From: a virus
Taxonomy: Duplodnaviria; Caudoviricetes
IMG/VR virus record: IMGVR_UViG_3300030098_005649
DNA length: 64,000 nucleotides
Strand: one strand, 5' to 3'
Position numbers and translations under genes: made by a program
The notes under the pieces: generated by a model
Told to the model about the DNA's origin: nothing
The model's database searches: none
What the model saw: only the letters and a program-made list of their open reading frames with translations
Shown here: one piece after another, positions 27,096-35,868 of the stretch
Layout: each line of letters opens with the position of its first letter
Position numbering within the stretch: position 1 is the stretch's first letter

Positions 27096-27608
27096 ATGAT
27101 AAAACTAAAAACATTATTATCTGAAGGCCCAATACCATATCAGAATTATGCAACAGATTCTAAAGATGGTGCGTCAAAGGGTGCAATAAAAGATTTTGAA
27201 AAAGTATTCAAGAAAGTATCTTTAGAACAAGGTAGACACCCAAAAAATTCTTGGTGGGCAGGTGGTCAAGGTCAAGGTATAAAGGCAGGAACTTCAAGAA
27301 TAGATAAAAAAGAATCGAGATATCAAGTATCTGAACCTGCAGGATTTGATAAACCAATAAAATTTGAAAAAATTAAGACTATAGAATCTTCCATACAAGT
27401 AGGAAGTGATGTAGTACCAGGTAATGAAGAATATGCATTATATACACTTAAAGACTTTTTGAAAGATGTAAAAAAGATGGGTGGATATAAATTGAAAAAG
27501 ACTTCTGTAAGAACTCATTTTACACTACACAAGGGTGGTAATACATATGCATTATATTTTACACCATCAATGGCTGGAACATATGTAAGTTTGAAATCGA
27601 GGTTATAA
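27096..27608 (+). CDS. Protein with MIKLKTLLSE leader
   Basis: ATG at 27096; first 30 nt nearly identical to those of the 26795 gene. Confidence 0.6.
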   Translation: MIKLKTLLSEGPIPYQNYATDSKDGASKGAIKDFEKVFKKVSLEQGRHPKNSWWAGGQGQGIKAGTSRIDKKESRYQVSEPAGFDKPIKFEKIKTIESSIQVGSDVVPGNEEYALYTLKDFLKDVKKMGGYKLKKTSVRTHFTLHKGGNTYALYFTPSMAGTYVSLKSRL

Positions 27609-28498
27609 TGAGTAAGCAATATTTAGATGCTGAATTTGTTGGTGATGTAGATTTTAGACCTGTTAGAAAAGCTTGGGTGTACAAAAAAGATAAACCTAAA
27701 AATGATTATTTTGGGGTTGTTATAGCAAAAAGTAAAGCAAGATATGAAATAGAGTTGGGTAGACATAGTAGTGATGATAAGGCAAAAAAGTATTTCTTAT
27801 CATATTTGAAAAGAAAATTTACACCAATGGAATCAATATCAAAAGAAGATTTGAGAGTATTATTAGAAGAATATGGAATTGATGGATTAGCAAAACTTAT
27901 AAATGAGTACTCAGGAACACTAACAGGATATGGATTGAACACAGGTGATGCTTGGCCTGATGGTATTTTTACAAAGTATGGTGAGGAAAGAATTGTAGGA
28001 CCTGGTGGGATGCCACGAGGTATGGTTCAAGTAGATGTACCAAAGGCTGATGTGGTCTATGGTGGAGATGGTGGAAGAAAGACCATAACACAATCTAAAA
28101 TGAATCCTGAGAATAAAAAGAAAATGGTAGTGATAGACCCACACGAGTTGAGGGATGATACACCACCATTGTCACCTAAACAAAGAATTTATGGAAGAAG
28201 AGCTTTTGGTAAGAATCCAGAGTACACTATTCCTTTAGAAACACACGATATGGTACACACTGCAGATGTTTTGAAAAAACCAACCACACCACCTGAGGGA
28301 AGTGTGAGTGGTGGAATACCTGCAACACCCGAACCAGGATCGAAAAAAGCTGGTAGTTCAAGTGGATATAGACAATTTCAAAAGGGTGGAAAGAGTGTGA
28401 TGCACGATGTAGATAAATTGTATGTACATAAGAAACTAAAAGAATCTACTTACAAAAATGTGATGTCACAATTACTTGGTAAAAAAACTAAAAAGTAG
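27608..28498 (+). CDS. Hypothetical multi-module protein
   Basis: 296-aa ORF coupled by TAATG; junctions LLEE, LINE, LKE. Confidence 0.55.
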   Translation: MSKQYLDAEFVGDVDFRPVRKAWVYKKDKPKNDYFGVVIAKSKARYEIELGRHSSDDKAKKYFLSYLKRKFTPMESISKEDLRVLLEEYGIDGLAKLINEYSGTLTGYGLNTGDAWPDGIFTKYGEERIVGPGGMPRGMVQVDVPKADVVYGGDGGRKTITQSKMNPENKKKMVVIDPHELRDDTPPLSPKQRIYGRRAFGKNPEYTIPLETHDMVHTADVLKKPTTPPEGSVSGGIPATPEPGSKKAGSSSGYRQFQKGGKSVMHDVDKLYVHKKLKESTYKNVMSQLLGKKTKK

Positions 28499-28515
28499 AT
28501 ATTTATACTTATATA
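28498..28515 (+). promoter_or_regulatory. Candidate late promoter GATATTTATACTTATATA (tandem motif)
   Basis: Intergenic, before SD and ATG 28529. Confidence 0.5.
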
Positions 28516-28528
28516 ACGGAGAACAACA

Positions 28529-29059
28529 ATGCCTAAATTAAAAGACTTATTAGAAGAACACTTTATCGCTGGTGGGATAGTATCAACACCTGCACTTGGA
28601 GTTGGACAAACTTTCAAGACAAATATGAAAGATAAACCCATCGTTGAGGTTGAAGACGAAGAAAAAGAAGAACCTATCGATGAAAAGAAATTTATGGAAT
28701 CCGTAAATAATTTCAATAATATCGGTGAAGAACTTTATAGAAAGACATCCTTGAAAGAACTTGCATCCCATTTAGGCTGGGTTTGTGAAACTGCTTCAAG
28801 ACATGCAGTAAATGAGTTAGATGGATGGTTTGATAAAGTAACCGTTTCTCGTAATATGAAAGAATTGAAAAAACTTGGTGGTAACTTTGGAAAGATTGCT
28901 ACTGAGGCACAAGACCTACAAGAAAGAATGGCTGTTTTGTATGAAGATATGGGACACATTTTAGGTCGTTATTATACAATTGGTGAGGACACAAATTCAA
29001 AAGTAAAAGAACAGAAAGTAAAGTTCTCAAAATTGATTACACAGAAAAATAATAAGTAG
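28529..29059 (+). CDS. Head-module protein with MPKLKDLLEE leader
   Basis: GGAG SD; acidic linker VEVEDEEKEE then helical domain. Confidence 0.6.
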   Translation: MPKLKDLLEEHFIAGGIVSTPALGVGQTFKTNMKDKPIVEVEDEEKEEPIDEKKFMESVNNFNNIGEELYRKTSLKELASHLGWVCETASRHAVNELDGWFDKVTVSRNMKELKKLGGNFGKIATEAQDLQERMAVLYEDMGHILGRYYTIGEDTNSKVKEQKVKFSKLITQKNNK

Positions 29060-29067
29060 AGGTATAA

Positions 29068-29268
29068 ATGGCAACAAATGTCTCTGTAGTTGTAAAAAAC
29101 AACAGTGTTGAAAAGGCTCTCAGTATTTTCAAAAGAAAAGTAAAAGAGAGTAAGGTGTTAGTAGAGTATAAAGAACGACAATTTTATACTAAAAAATCTG
29201 AAGTAAAGAGAAGAAAGAATATAAAGGCTAAATTACGATTTAAAAAAATATTAGCCGAAATGGACTAA
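29068..29268 (+). CDS. rpsU: Ribosomal protein bS21
   Basis: VVVKNNSVEKALSIFKRKVKESKVLVEYKERQFYTKKSEVKRR matches the S21 pattern; GAGG SD. Confidence 0.85.
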   Translation: MATNVSVVVKNNSVEKALSIFKRKVKESKVLVEYKERQFYTKKSEVKRRKNIKAKLRFKKILAEMD

Positions 29269-29283
29269 TTTTCTAAATTCTAT

Positions 29284-29292
29284 ATATTTATA
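29284..29292 (+). promoter_or_regulatory. Candidate late promoter ATATTTATA for scaffold-MCP operon
   Basis: Intergenic, 100 nt before ATG 29393. Confidence 0.5.
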
Positions 29293-29392
29293 TAAAAATA
29301 AATACACTATTTTTTCTTTATAGTGTACCTGAAATAATAATTCTATTATTGTTCCCCTAATAACAATACTAAAATCCAATCTGGAGATTAAA

Positions 29393-30502
29393 ATGGATGA
29401 CCTTTTAAAAGAGGCCATTGCAGATGCTAAAGTAGTCAGAGATACAGCTGTTGAAAACGCTCGTCTTGCACTCGCTGAAGCTTTTACACCTAAAATCCAA
29501 TCGATGTTAACACAGAAGATTCGTCAGGAAGTCGAAGATGAAAATCAAGAAGATGAAATGAAAGATGAAGCTATGGATGACGAAGTTGAAGATGAAGGTG
29601 AAGAGAAGAAAGAGGGATACGGAGATGAGGGTGAGCACGAAGACGAAGGCGAAGAGATGAAAGAAGTCGAAGATGAAGTCCACGATGAAGTTGAAGATGA
29701 AGTCCACGATGAAGTTGAGGATGAAGTCCACGATGAAGTTGAGGATGAAGTCCACGATGAAGTCGAAGACGAAGGTGAACACGATGATGAAGATGACGAC
29801 CTTGACCTTGAATCTATCTTGAGAGAGTTAGAAAAAGAAGTTGAGGACGAAGACGATGAAGTCGAAGAAGTCTCACACGCTGATGAAGATGAAGAACTTG
29901 AAGAAGAACTTAAGTCTTCTGAAGTCGGAGCTGCTGATAATAAACTTGACAAAGATGCTGAATCTTCTTCTGATATCGGTAAAGCTGATAAAGCTAAACA
30001 TACCGAAGGTGTAGAAGACGAAGGTGAGCACGAGGATGAAGATATGGAAGAAGATATCGACCTTGAAGAAATCTTGAAAGCTTTATCTGAAGTCGAAGAC
30101 GAAGATGAAGAAGTCGAAGAGAATGTCGAGGAAATCACTCAGTTGAAATCTGAACTCGAAGAGTATCGCAATGCCGTCAAATATATGCGAGGCAAACTTA
30201 ATGAAGTTAACTTGCTAAACGCGAAACTTTTATTCACTAACAAATTATTCCGTGCATTCGGATTATCTGAAGGTGACAAGTATCGTGTCGTAGAGACTTT
30301 TGACAGAGCAAAGAATTTGAGAGAAGTGAAACTTGTTTACGCTACTCTTGCTGAATCCTTTGGTCAAAAGCCTAAAATTCAAGAATCCAAAGGCAAATCT
30401 TCTAAACCTGTTGCTTCAACCCAACCTAAGAATGAATCGAAAGTGATTTCTGAAGGTAATGATTTGAAGAATAGGTTTAAGAAATTAGCTAACATAATAT
30501 AA
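29393..30502 (+). CDS. Prohead core/scaffolding protein (T4 gp22-like)
   Basis: Extremely acidic; MDDLLKEAIADAK N-terminus; C-terminal LNEVNLLNAKLLFTNKLF coiled coil; immediately upstream of MCP. Confidence 0.85.
   Translation: MDDLLKEAIADAKVVRDTAVENARLALAEAFTPKIQSMLTQKIRQEVEDENQEDEMKDEAMDDEVEDEGEEKKEGYGDEGEHEDEGEEMKEVEDEVHDEVEDEVHDEVEDEVHDEVEDEVHDEVEDEGEHDDEDDDLDLESILRELEKEVEDEDDEVEEVSHADEDEELEEELKSSEVGAADNKLDKDAESSSDIGKADKAKHTEGVEDEGEHEDEDMEEDIDLEEILKALSEVEDEDEEVEENVEEITQLKSELEEYRNAVKYMRGKLNEVNLLNAKLLFTNKLFRAFGLSEGDKYRVVETFDRAKNLREVKLVYATLAESFGQKPKIQESKGKSSKPVASTQPKNESKVISEGNDLKNRFKKLANII
29663..29758 (+). repeat. Four 24-nt tandem repeats encoding EVEDEVHD
   Basis: gaagt(c/t)ga(a/g)gatgaagtccacgat x4. 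Confidence 0.9.
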
Positions 30503-30513
30503 GGGAGACTATA

Positions 30514-32151
30514 ATGTCTAATTTTGATTCAATTAAAGGTATAATGGATGGGTATAACCCACACCGTGCCTTAATGGAACAGACCCGTAAGTTAGTCAAG
30601 AAGTGGGAGCCAACTGGTTTATTGGAAGGTATTACCGAAGAGAACAAGACACACGGAATGGCTGTTCTTTTGGAAAACCAAGCTCGTCAATTAATTGATG
30701 AGTCTTCCAAAACTGGTACTCAATCTAATTCTGAAGAATGGGCAGGTGTTGCTTTACCATTAGTTCGTAGAATTTTTGGTGAATTAGCTGCACAAGACTT
30801 TGTTAGTGTTCAACCTATGAACCTACCAAGTGGTCTTATCTTCTATCTTGACTTCAAGTATGGTAGTGCACAACCTGGTTTCACTCAAAACTCTGATGTG
30901 TTTGGTAACACTTCAGGTTCTGGTGATGCAACAGGTGGTCTTTATGGTGCTGGTAAATTCGGATATTCTATAAACGAAGCCGAATCAGGTAACCATGCTA
31001 TCGCTGCTCTTACTGGATCTGCAACTCTTGCAATGATTGATTTTGATAACACTGTTTCAGAATCTATTGCTAACTTAAAGTACTATCTACTACCTATTTC
31101 TGGTTCTTCCAATGGTGACATTGGTGGCATTCGTGCTTGGGAACCTGTTGGTAACGATAGTGCACTAACAACTTGGTATCCTGCATTTACCAAACCAGCT
31201 AACTCTTCTAATGAAGTTGTTGCTGCTGATGCTGCTACTCACATTCGTTTTGTCGTTGATGAGAATGCGAAGAATGATACAGCAAAATTCAAGTATCATA
31301 AACAACCTACCGATATCACTCGTGGTGACTTTGAAGCTTCACCAACTCCTGGTAACGATGGTGGTTTCTCTGGTGAAGGTGATGTTGGAATACCAGAAAT
31401 CGATATTTCTCTAAGAAGTATTCCGATTGTTGCGAAAACTCGTAAGTTGAAAGCTGTCTGGACTCCAGAACTTGCTCAAGACCTAAATGCTTATCATAGT
31501 GTTGATGCAGAAGCTGAATTGACTTCACTTCTATCCGAGTACATTTCAATGGAAATCGATTTAGAAATCCTTGACTTGTTATTGGTAAATGCTAACGCTA
31601 AGACAGAATACTGGTCAGCAAAAATTGCTAATGAGTATAATTCTGGTACTGGTGCTTTCGCTGAGACTGCAACAAACCAGTCTGCTTACACTAAAGGAAC
31701 TTGGTTCCAGACTCTTGGAAACAAGTTACAATCTGTTTCAAATGCAATTCATCAGAAGACCCTCAGAGGTGGTGCTAACTTTATCGTAGTTTCTCCTGAA
31801 ACTGCTACCATCATTGAGTCTATTCCTGGATTTGCAGCTGATTCCGATGGTGCTGCAACTAACAATCAATACGCGATGGGCGTACAAAAAGTAGGGGCTC
31901 TAAATAACAGATATACTGTTTACAAGAACCCTTATATGATCGAAAACCAGATTCTATGTGGATTTAGAGGTTCTAACTTCCTCGAATCAGGTGCCGTGTA
32001 TGCTCCGTATGTACCATTGATTATGACACCTCTCGTATACGACCCAACCAACTTTACTCCGCGTAAAGGTGTGATGACTCGTTATGCGAAGAAAGTCGTA
32101 AGACCTGAGTTCTACGGAAAAGTCATCGTTGCTGATGTTGATTTGGTGTAA
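30514..32151 (+). CDS. gp23: Major capsid protein (T4 gp23-like)
   Basis: KWEPTGLLEG, LPLVRR, VSVQPMNLPSGLIFYLDF, AKTRKLKAVWTPELAQDL.AYH..DAEAEL, YAPYVPL, PRKGVMTRYA. Confidence 0.97.
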   Translation: MSNFDSIKGIMDGYNPHRALMEQTRKLVKKWEPTGLLEGITEENKTHGMAVLLENQARQLIDESSKTGTQSNSEEWAGVALPLVRRIFGELAAQDFVSVQPMNLPSGLIFYLDFKYGSAQPGFTQNSDVFGNTSGSGDATGGLYGAGKFGYSINEAESGNHAIAALTGSATLAMIDFDNTVSESIANLKYYLLPISGSSNGDIGGIRAWEPVGNDSALTTWYPAFTKPANSSNEVVAADAATHIRFVVDENAKNDTAKFKYHKQPTDITRGDFEASPTPGNDGGFSGEGDVGIPEIDISLRSIPIVAKTRKLKAVWTPELAQDLNAYHSVDAEAELTSLLSEYISMEIDLEILDLLLVNANAKTEYWSAKIANEYNSGTGAFAETATNQSAYTKGTWFQTLGNKLQSVSNAIHQKTLRGGANFIVVSPETATIIESIPGFAADSDGAATNNQYAMGVQKVGALNNRYTVYKNPYMIENQILCGFRGSNFLESGAVYAPYVPLIMTPLVYDPTNFTPRKGVMTRYAKKVVRPEFYGKVIVADVDLV

Positions 32152-32201
32152 ACCAAATAGGTTAGTGTAAGGCTGGTTTTAGACTTATATTGACCAAACT
32201 T

Positions 32202-32234
32202 AAAAGAGGGGAGTAAAAACTCCCCTCTTTTTTT
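32202..32234 (+). terminator. Rho-independent terminator after the MCP
   Basis: AAAAGAGGGGAGT-AAAA-ACTCCCCTCTTTT plus T run. Confidence 0.92.
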
Positions 32235-32241
32235 GCCTGTT

Positions 32242-32254
32242 ATATTTATTACTG
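32242..32254 (+). promoter_or_regulatory. Candidate late promoter ATATTTATTACTG
   Basis: Directly after MCP terminator; identical 13-mer at 55689. Confidence 0.55.
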
Positions 32255-32287
32255 TAATATTACATACATTCTAATTAGGAGAAATAA

Positions 32288-33445
32288 ATGCCACAAGCAT
32301 CAATATGGGATGGTAGTTCTACCTTTACAACAGGTTCTACACCATTTGGATTCTATGATACAGATTCAGATTTCCAAACTGAGGCTGATAACTTTGCGAA
32401 GTGGTGTGCAAAAAGATTAGGTTATCCAATTATGGATGTGGAATTGAACTCAGGTTCATTCTACGCAATACTTGAAGAATCTATAACTGAATATTCTGCA
32501 CAAGTAAATCAGTACAATATAAAAGACAATCTACTTTCTTTACAAGGACAATCTACAGGTTCTAATTTGACACATAGAAATGTCACCCAAACATTTGGTA
32601 GAACCATACAGATATCAGAACAATATGGTACAGAAGCTTTAGTGGGTGGTACTACTGATTTGAAACACGGTTCAATACAAATAAACTCAGGTTCACAAGA
32701 GTATGATTTGAATACATTGTGGGCTGATGTATCTGAAAGTGGAGAGGCAATTGAAGTTAGACGAGTATTTCACGAAGCCGCACCATCTATTCAAAGATAC
32801 TTTGACCCATATGCAGGAACTGGTCAAGGTACTATAAATATGTTGGATGGATTTGGATTTGGAAATTATTCACCTGCAGTAACTTTTCTTATGATGCCAA
32901 TATATGCAGATTTGTTGAGAGTTCAAGCAATTGAATTCAATGATATGATTAGAAAATCTGCTTATTCATTTGAATTGGTAAATAATAAACTTAAAATCTT
33001 TCCAAACCCAACAGGAGATGACACAATACATTTTCAATATATGGTAAAGAGTGAAAAGGACTCATCATTGAAAGCTCCACACGGTGGTTCTACACTTGGT
33101 GTGGTTAGTGATGTTTCCAATGCACCATATGAGAATATGGTTTATACACAGATAAACGATGTTGGTAAACAATGGATTCGTAAGTATGGATTAGCTTTAG
33201 CAAAAGAATTATTGGGTATGATTCGTAGTAAATATTCATCAGTTCCTATACCAAATGCCGAAGTAAATCTTGATGGTGAGACATTGAGGAGTGAGGCAAA
33301 TGCTGAAAAGGAACAATTGATAACCCAACTTCGTGAATACTTAGACCAATCATCTCGTAGGTCATTGATGGAAGCCGAAAGAGATGAGAGTGAATATCTA
33401 CAAGATAAGTTAGGTAGAATACCAATAAACATATATGTAGGATAA
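32288..33445 (+). CDS. Neck protein (T4 gp13-like)
   Basis: WCAKRLGYPIMDVEL and WIRKYGLALAKELLGMIRSKY..VPIP...LDG motifs; follows MCP. Confidence 0.75.
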   Translation: MPQASIWDGSSTFTTGSTPFGFYDTDSDFQTEADNFAKWCAKRLGYPIMDVELNSGSFYAILEESITEYSAQVNQYNIKDNLLSLQGQSTGSNLTHRNVTQTFGRTIQISEQYGTEALVGGTTDLKHGSIQINSGSQEYDLNTLWADVSESGEAIEVRRVFHEAAPSIQRYFDPYAGTGQGTINMLDGFGFGNYSPAVTFLMMPIYADLLRVQAIEFNDMIRKSAYSFELVNNKLKIFPNPTGDDTIHFQYMVKSEKDSSLKAPHGGSTLGVVSDVSNAPYENMVYTQINDVGKQWIRKYGLALAKELLGMIRSKYSSVPIPNAEVNLDGETLRSEANAEKEQLITQLREYLDQSSRRSLMEAERDESEYLQDKLGRIPINIYVG

Positions 33446-33449
33446 TCTG

Positions 33450-33938
33450 ATGGCTAGTCGGTTTTTATCTTCAAGAGACATAGAACAATTTACTCGTTTC
33501 AACAGAGAATTAGTTGGTGATTTAAAACGAGATAAAGATGGTATAATAAATCAACTTGTAAAGATATTTCAAATATCTGCATCTGATACTAAAACAAACT
33601 TATATGGTGAGGCAGTAGGTGGAGTAAAAACATTTTCACCTGGTGTTGAGTTACCTTGTACTATACAGGCAGATGATTTCGATTTCAATACGGATGAGTT
33701 TGGTCCTGATTTACGACAAACTGTGGTGTATAGTTTTATGAGAGATACTTTGATAGAGGCTGATTTCAGACCAGAAATTGGTGATATTATTGATTGGAAT
33801 CACGCTCATTGGGAAATAAATTCAATAAATGAAAATCAATTGATTGGTGGAAAATATGATGAGAACTTTTCAGTAGTATGTAATACTCATCTAATTAGAA
33901 AAAGTGCACTAAATATTGAGAGGATTAGAAGTATATAA
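33450..33938 (+). CDS. Head completion/neck protein (T4 gp14-like)
   Basis: NLYGEA...FRPEIGDIIDWN...WEINSINEN; synteny. Confidence 0.65.
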   Translation: MASRFLSSRDIEQFTRFNRELVGDLKRDKDGIINQLVKIFQISASDTKTNLYGEAVGGVKTFSPGVELPCTIQADDFDFNTDEFGPDLRQTVVYSFMRDTLIEADFRPEIGDIIDWNHAHWEINSINENQLIGGKYDENFSVVCNTHLIRKSALNIERIRSI

Positions 33939-35323
33939 TGGCAAGTAAATCTAAACCAGTTCCAAGAACTCAAAGAAACATCCAACGAGATGTACCGAGT
34001 AATAGGGGATATGAGTTACGAAGAGATAATGATACTGTAAAAAATGTACAAGTATCTCTTATTGACCACGATTCCGCCATTATGTTTTACTTCAATGAGG
34101 TGATAAAACCAACTGTGGTTGAGGGAGATGAACAGATAAAAGTTCCTGTATTGTATTCTAATCCTGAGAGATGGAAGTCAATAAATAAAGATGGATATAT
34201 ACGAGATTCAAAAAGAAGTATTATAACTCCATTGGTTGTATTTCGTAGAACGAGTATACAAAAAGATGATACTATTGCTGTAGATAAATTCGACCCAACC
34301 AAACCAAAATTATTTTATACATTTGAACAAAAGTATTCTCAAAAAAATAGATATGATAGATTTTCACAACAAATAGGATTATTACAACAAAAAGAATATT
34401 ATAATGTTGCAGTACCAGATTATATGACTATGAATTATGAGGCAATAATTTGGACTTCTTATGTTGCTCAAATGAATCAGTTGGTAGAGAAGATAAATTT
34501 TTCTGATGGTGCATATTGGGGAGAACCAAACAAATTCAAGTTCAAAGTAAATATAGATAGTTTTGAAGATAGTACAGAATTTGGAGATAATGAAAGAATT
34601 ATAAAAACTACATTCAATTTTAGTTTTAGAGGATATCTAATACCTGAGAGTTTCAATGAATTTATGAATACTCAAAAGTATTTTACACCAAGTAGAATCG
34701 ACATAGAAGATAACACAGGATTACAATTTACACCTAATTTTGGTATAGGTGGAAATAAATTAGAAGTCTTACATACACAGGCAAAAGGAAGTGGTATACC
34801 AAATCAACTTGGTGGTGCAACAGATTTTATGAGAGGTGCTACAAGAAGTGGTGGTGGTGAGGCACAAGACATACAATTTACAAATACATTTGGTGGTGAA
34901 ACTTTATATACTATGAGAAATGGTGGAGAACCAACGAGTTCTGCAGATACTACGGCAGTATTACAATTTGGATTCGCTGAATCTAATTATGAATTGAAGA
35001 GTTTTGTGATATCAGGAAGTTCAAGTTCATCCTTATATAATATTCCAGACCAATCACAACAGACTGCTTCAGTATATTCATTGACATCATCAATCGATAC
35101 TGGATTTCAGTTACGAAATGGTAGTTTGAATATATCTATAAATGGAGTTGATTTGAGTTCTGAACAAAATCAATTACAATCTGGTTCTGTTGATTTCTTT
35201 ATAAGTTCATCACAACAAGAATTTTTAGTTCGTAAACCAACAGTAGAAGACCCATTTCACGGACATAATATAGACCAAACAGAATTTCTAACCATTAGAT
35301 TTCAACAAGAAAAGGTATTCTAA
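33938..35323 (+). CDS. Tail terminator/sheath stabiliser (T4 gp15-like) with C-terminal extension
   Basis: KVPVLYSNPERW, VPDYMTMNYEAIIWTSY..QMNQLVE, KTTFNFSFRGYLIP; synteny. Confidence 0.7.
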   Translation: MASKSKPVPRTQRNIQRDVPSNRGYELRRDNDTVKNVQVSLIDHDSAIMFYFNEVIKPTVVEGDEQIKVPVLYSNPERWKSINKDGYIRDSKRSIITPLVVFRRTSIQKDDTIAVDKFDPTKPKLFYTFEQKYSQKNRYDRFSQQIGLLQQKEYYNVAVPDYMTMNYEAIIWTSYVAQMNQLVEKINFSDGAYWGEPNKFKFKVNIDSFEDSTEFGDNERIIKTTFNFSFRGYLIPESFNEFMNTQKYFTPSRIDIEDNTGLQFTPNFGIGGNKLEVLHTQAKGSGIPNQLGGATDFMRGATRSGGGEAQDIQFTNTFGGETLYTMRNGGEPTSSADTTAVLQFGFAESNYELKSFVISGSSSSSLYNIPDQSQQTASVYSLTSSIDTGFQLRNGSLNISINGVDLSSEQNQLQSGSVDFFISSSQQEFLVRKPTVEDPFHGHNIDQTEFLTIRFQQEKVF

Positions 35324-35868
35324 TGGCACAAAATTATTTGAAAGGTGTAAAACACGAATTTATAAAACCAGTATCCGAATCTAAATTTAGTGGTGATGTA
35401 TTGGTATTTAGAGATTCTGATAAGAATCCAATAGAATACTCAATGAATATGAGGTCAGGAGGGCCAAAGACAAGAACAGATGTTGTAAATTTTGAAGGTG
35501 GTGATAATAATTTTACAAGAAGAGTTCAAAGATTTAAGTATCAGGATATTTATTTTCAGAATAGTGACTTCTATGATTTTGAACCAGATTTGACCGAAGG
35601 TTATGAATTAAAACCAGGCACAGTAAGATTGAAAATAAATGGAGTACAACAAAGAACAAATCATCTTGACCCACGAAAAAGTGAAGGTGTAGATTTTTCT
35701 TTAGATGCAACCTTATCAAAGATAAGATTGTATAAACCAAGACCAGGTGACCCATATACAGATGGTTCTGGTGCTACAAGATATTATAATTTTTATGGAT
35801 ATGAGATTAGATCTGGTAGTTATTTTTCAGATGAAATAGAAGTCAAATATTCACAGGAGAGTATGTAA
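35323..35868 (+). CDS. Hypothetical virion protein
   Basis: 181 aa; GTVRLKINGVQQ beta motif. Confidence 0.55.
   Translation: MAQNYLKGVKHEFIKPVSESKFSGDVLVFRDSDKNPIEYSMNMRSGGPKTRTDVVNFEGGDNNFTRRVQRFKYQDIYFQNSDFYDFEPDLTEGYELKPGTVRLKINGVQQRTNHLDPRKSEGVDFSLDATLSKIRLYKPRPGDPYTDGSGATRYYNFYGYEIRSGSYFSDEIEVKYSQESM

Noticed and set aside
29507-30138. Antisense ORFs over the scaffold gene
   Set aside because: Mirror of the GAA/GAT-rich acidic coding strand.
32152-32200. tRNA after the MCP
   Set aside because: No cloverleaf, T-loop or CCA; only simple hairpins. No tRNA or rRNA was recognised anywhere in the window.
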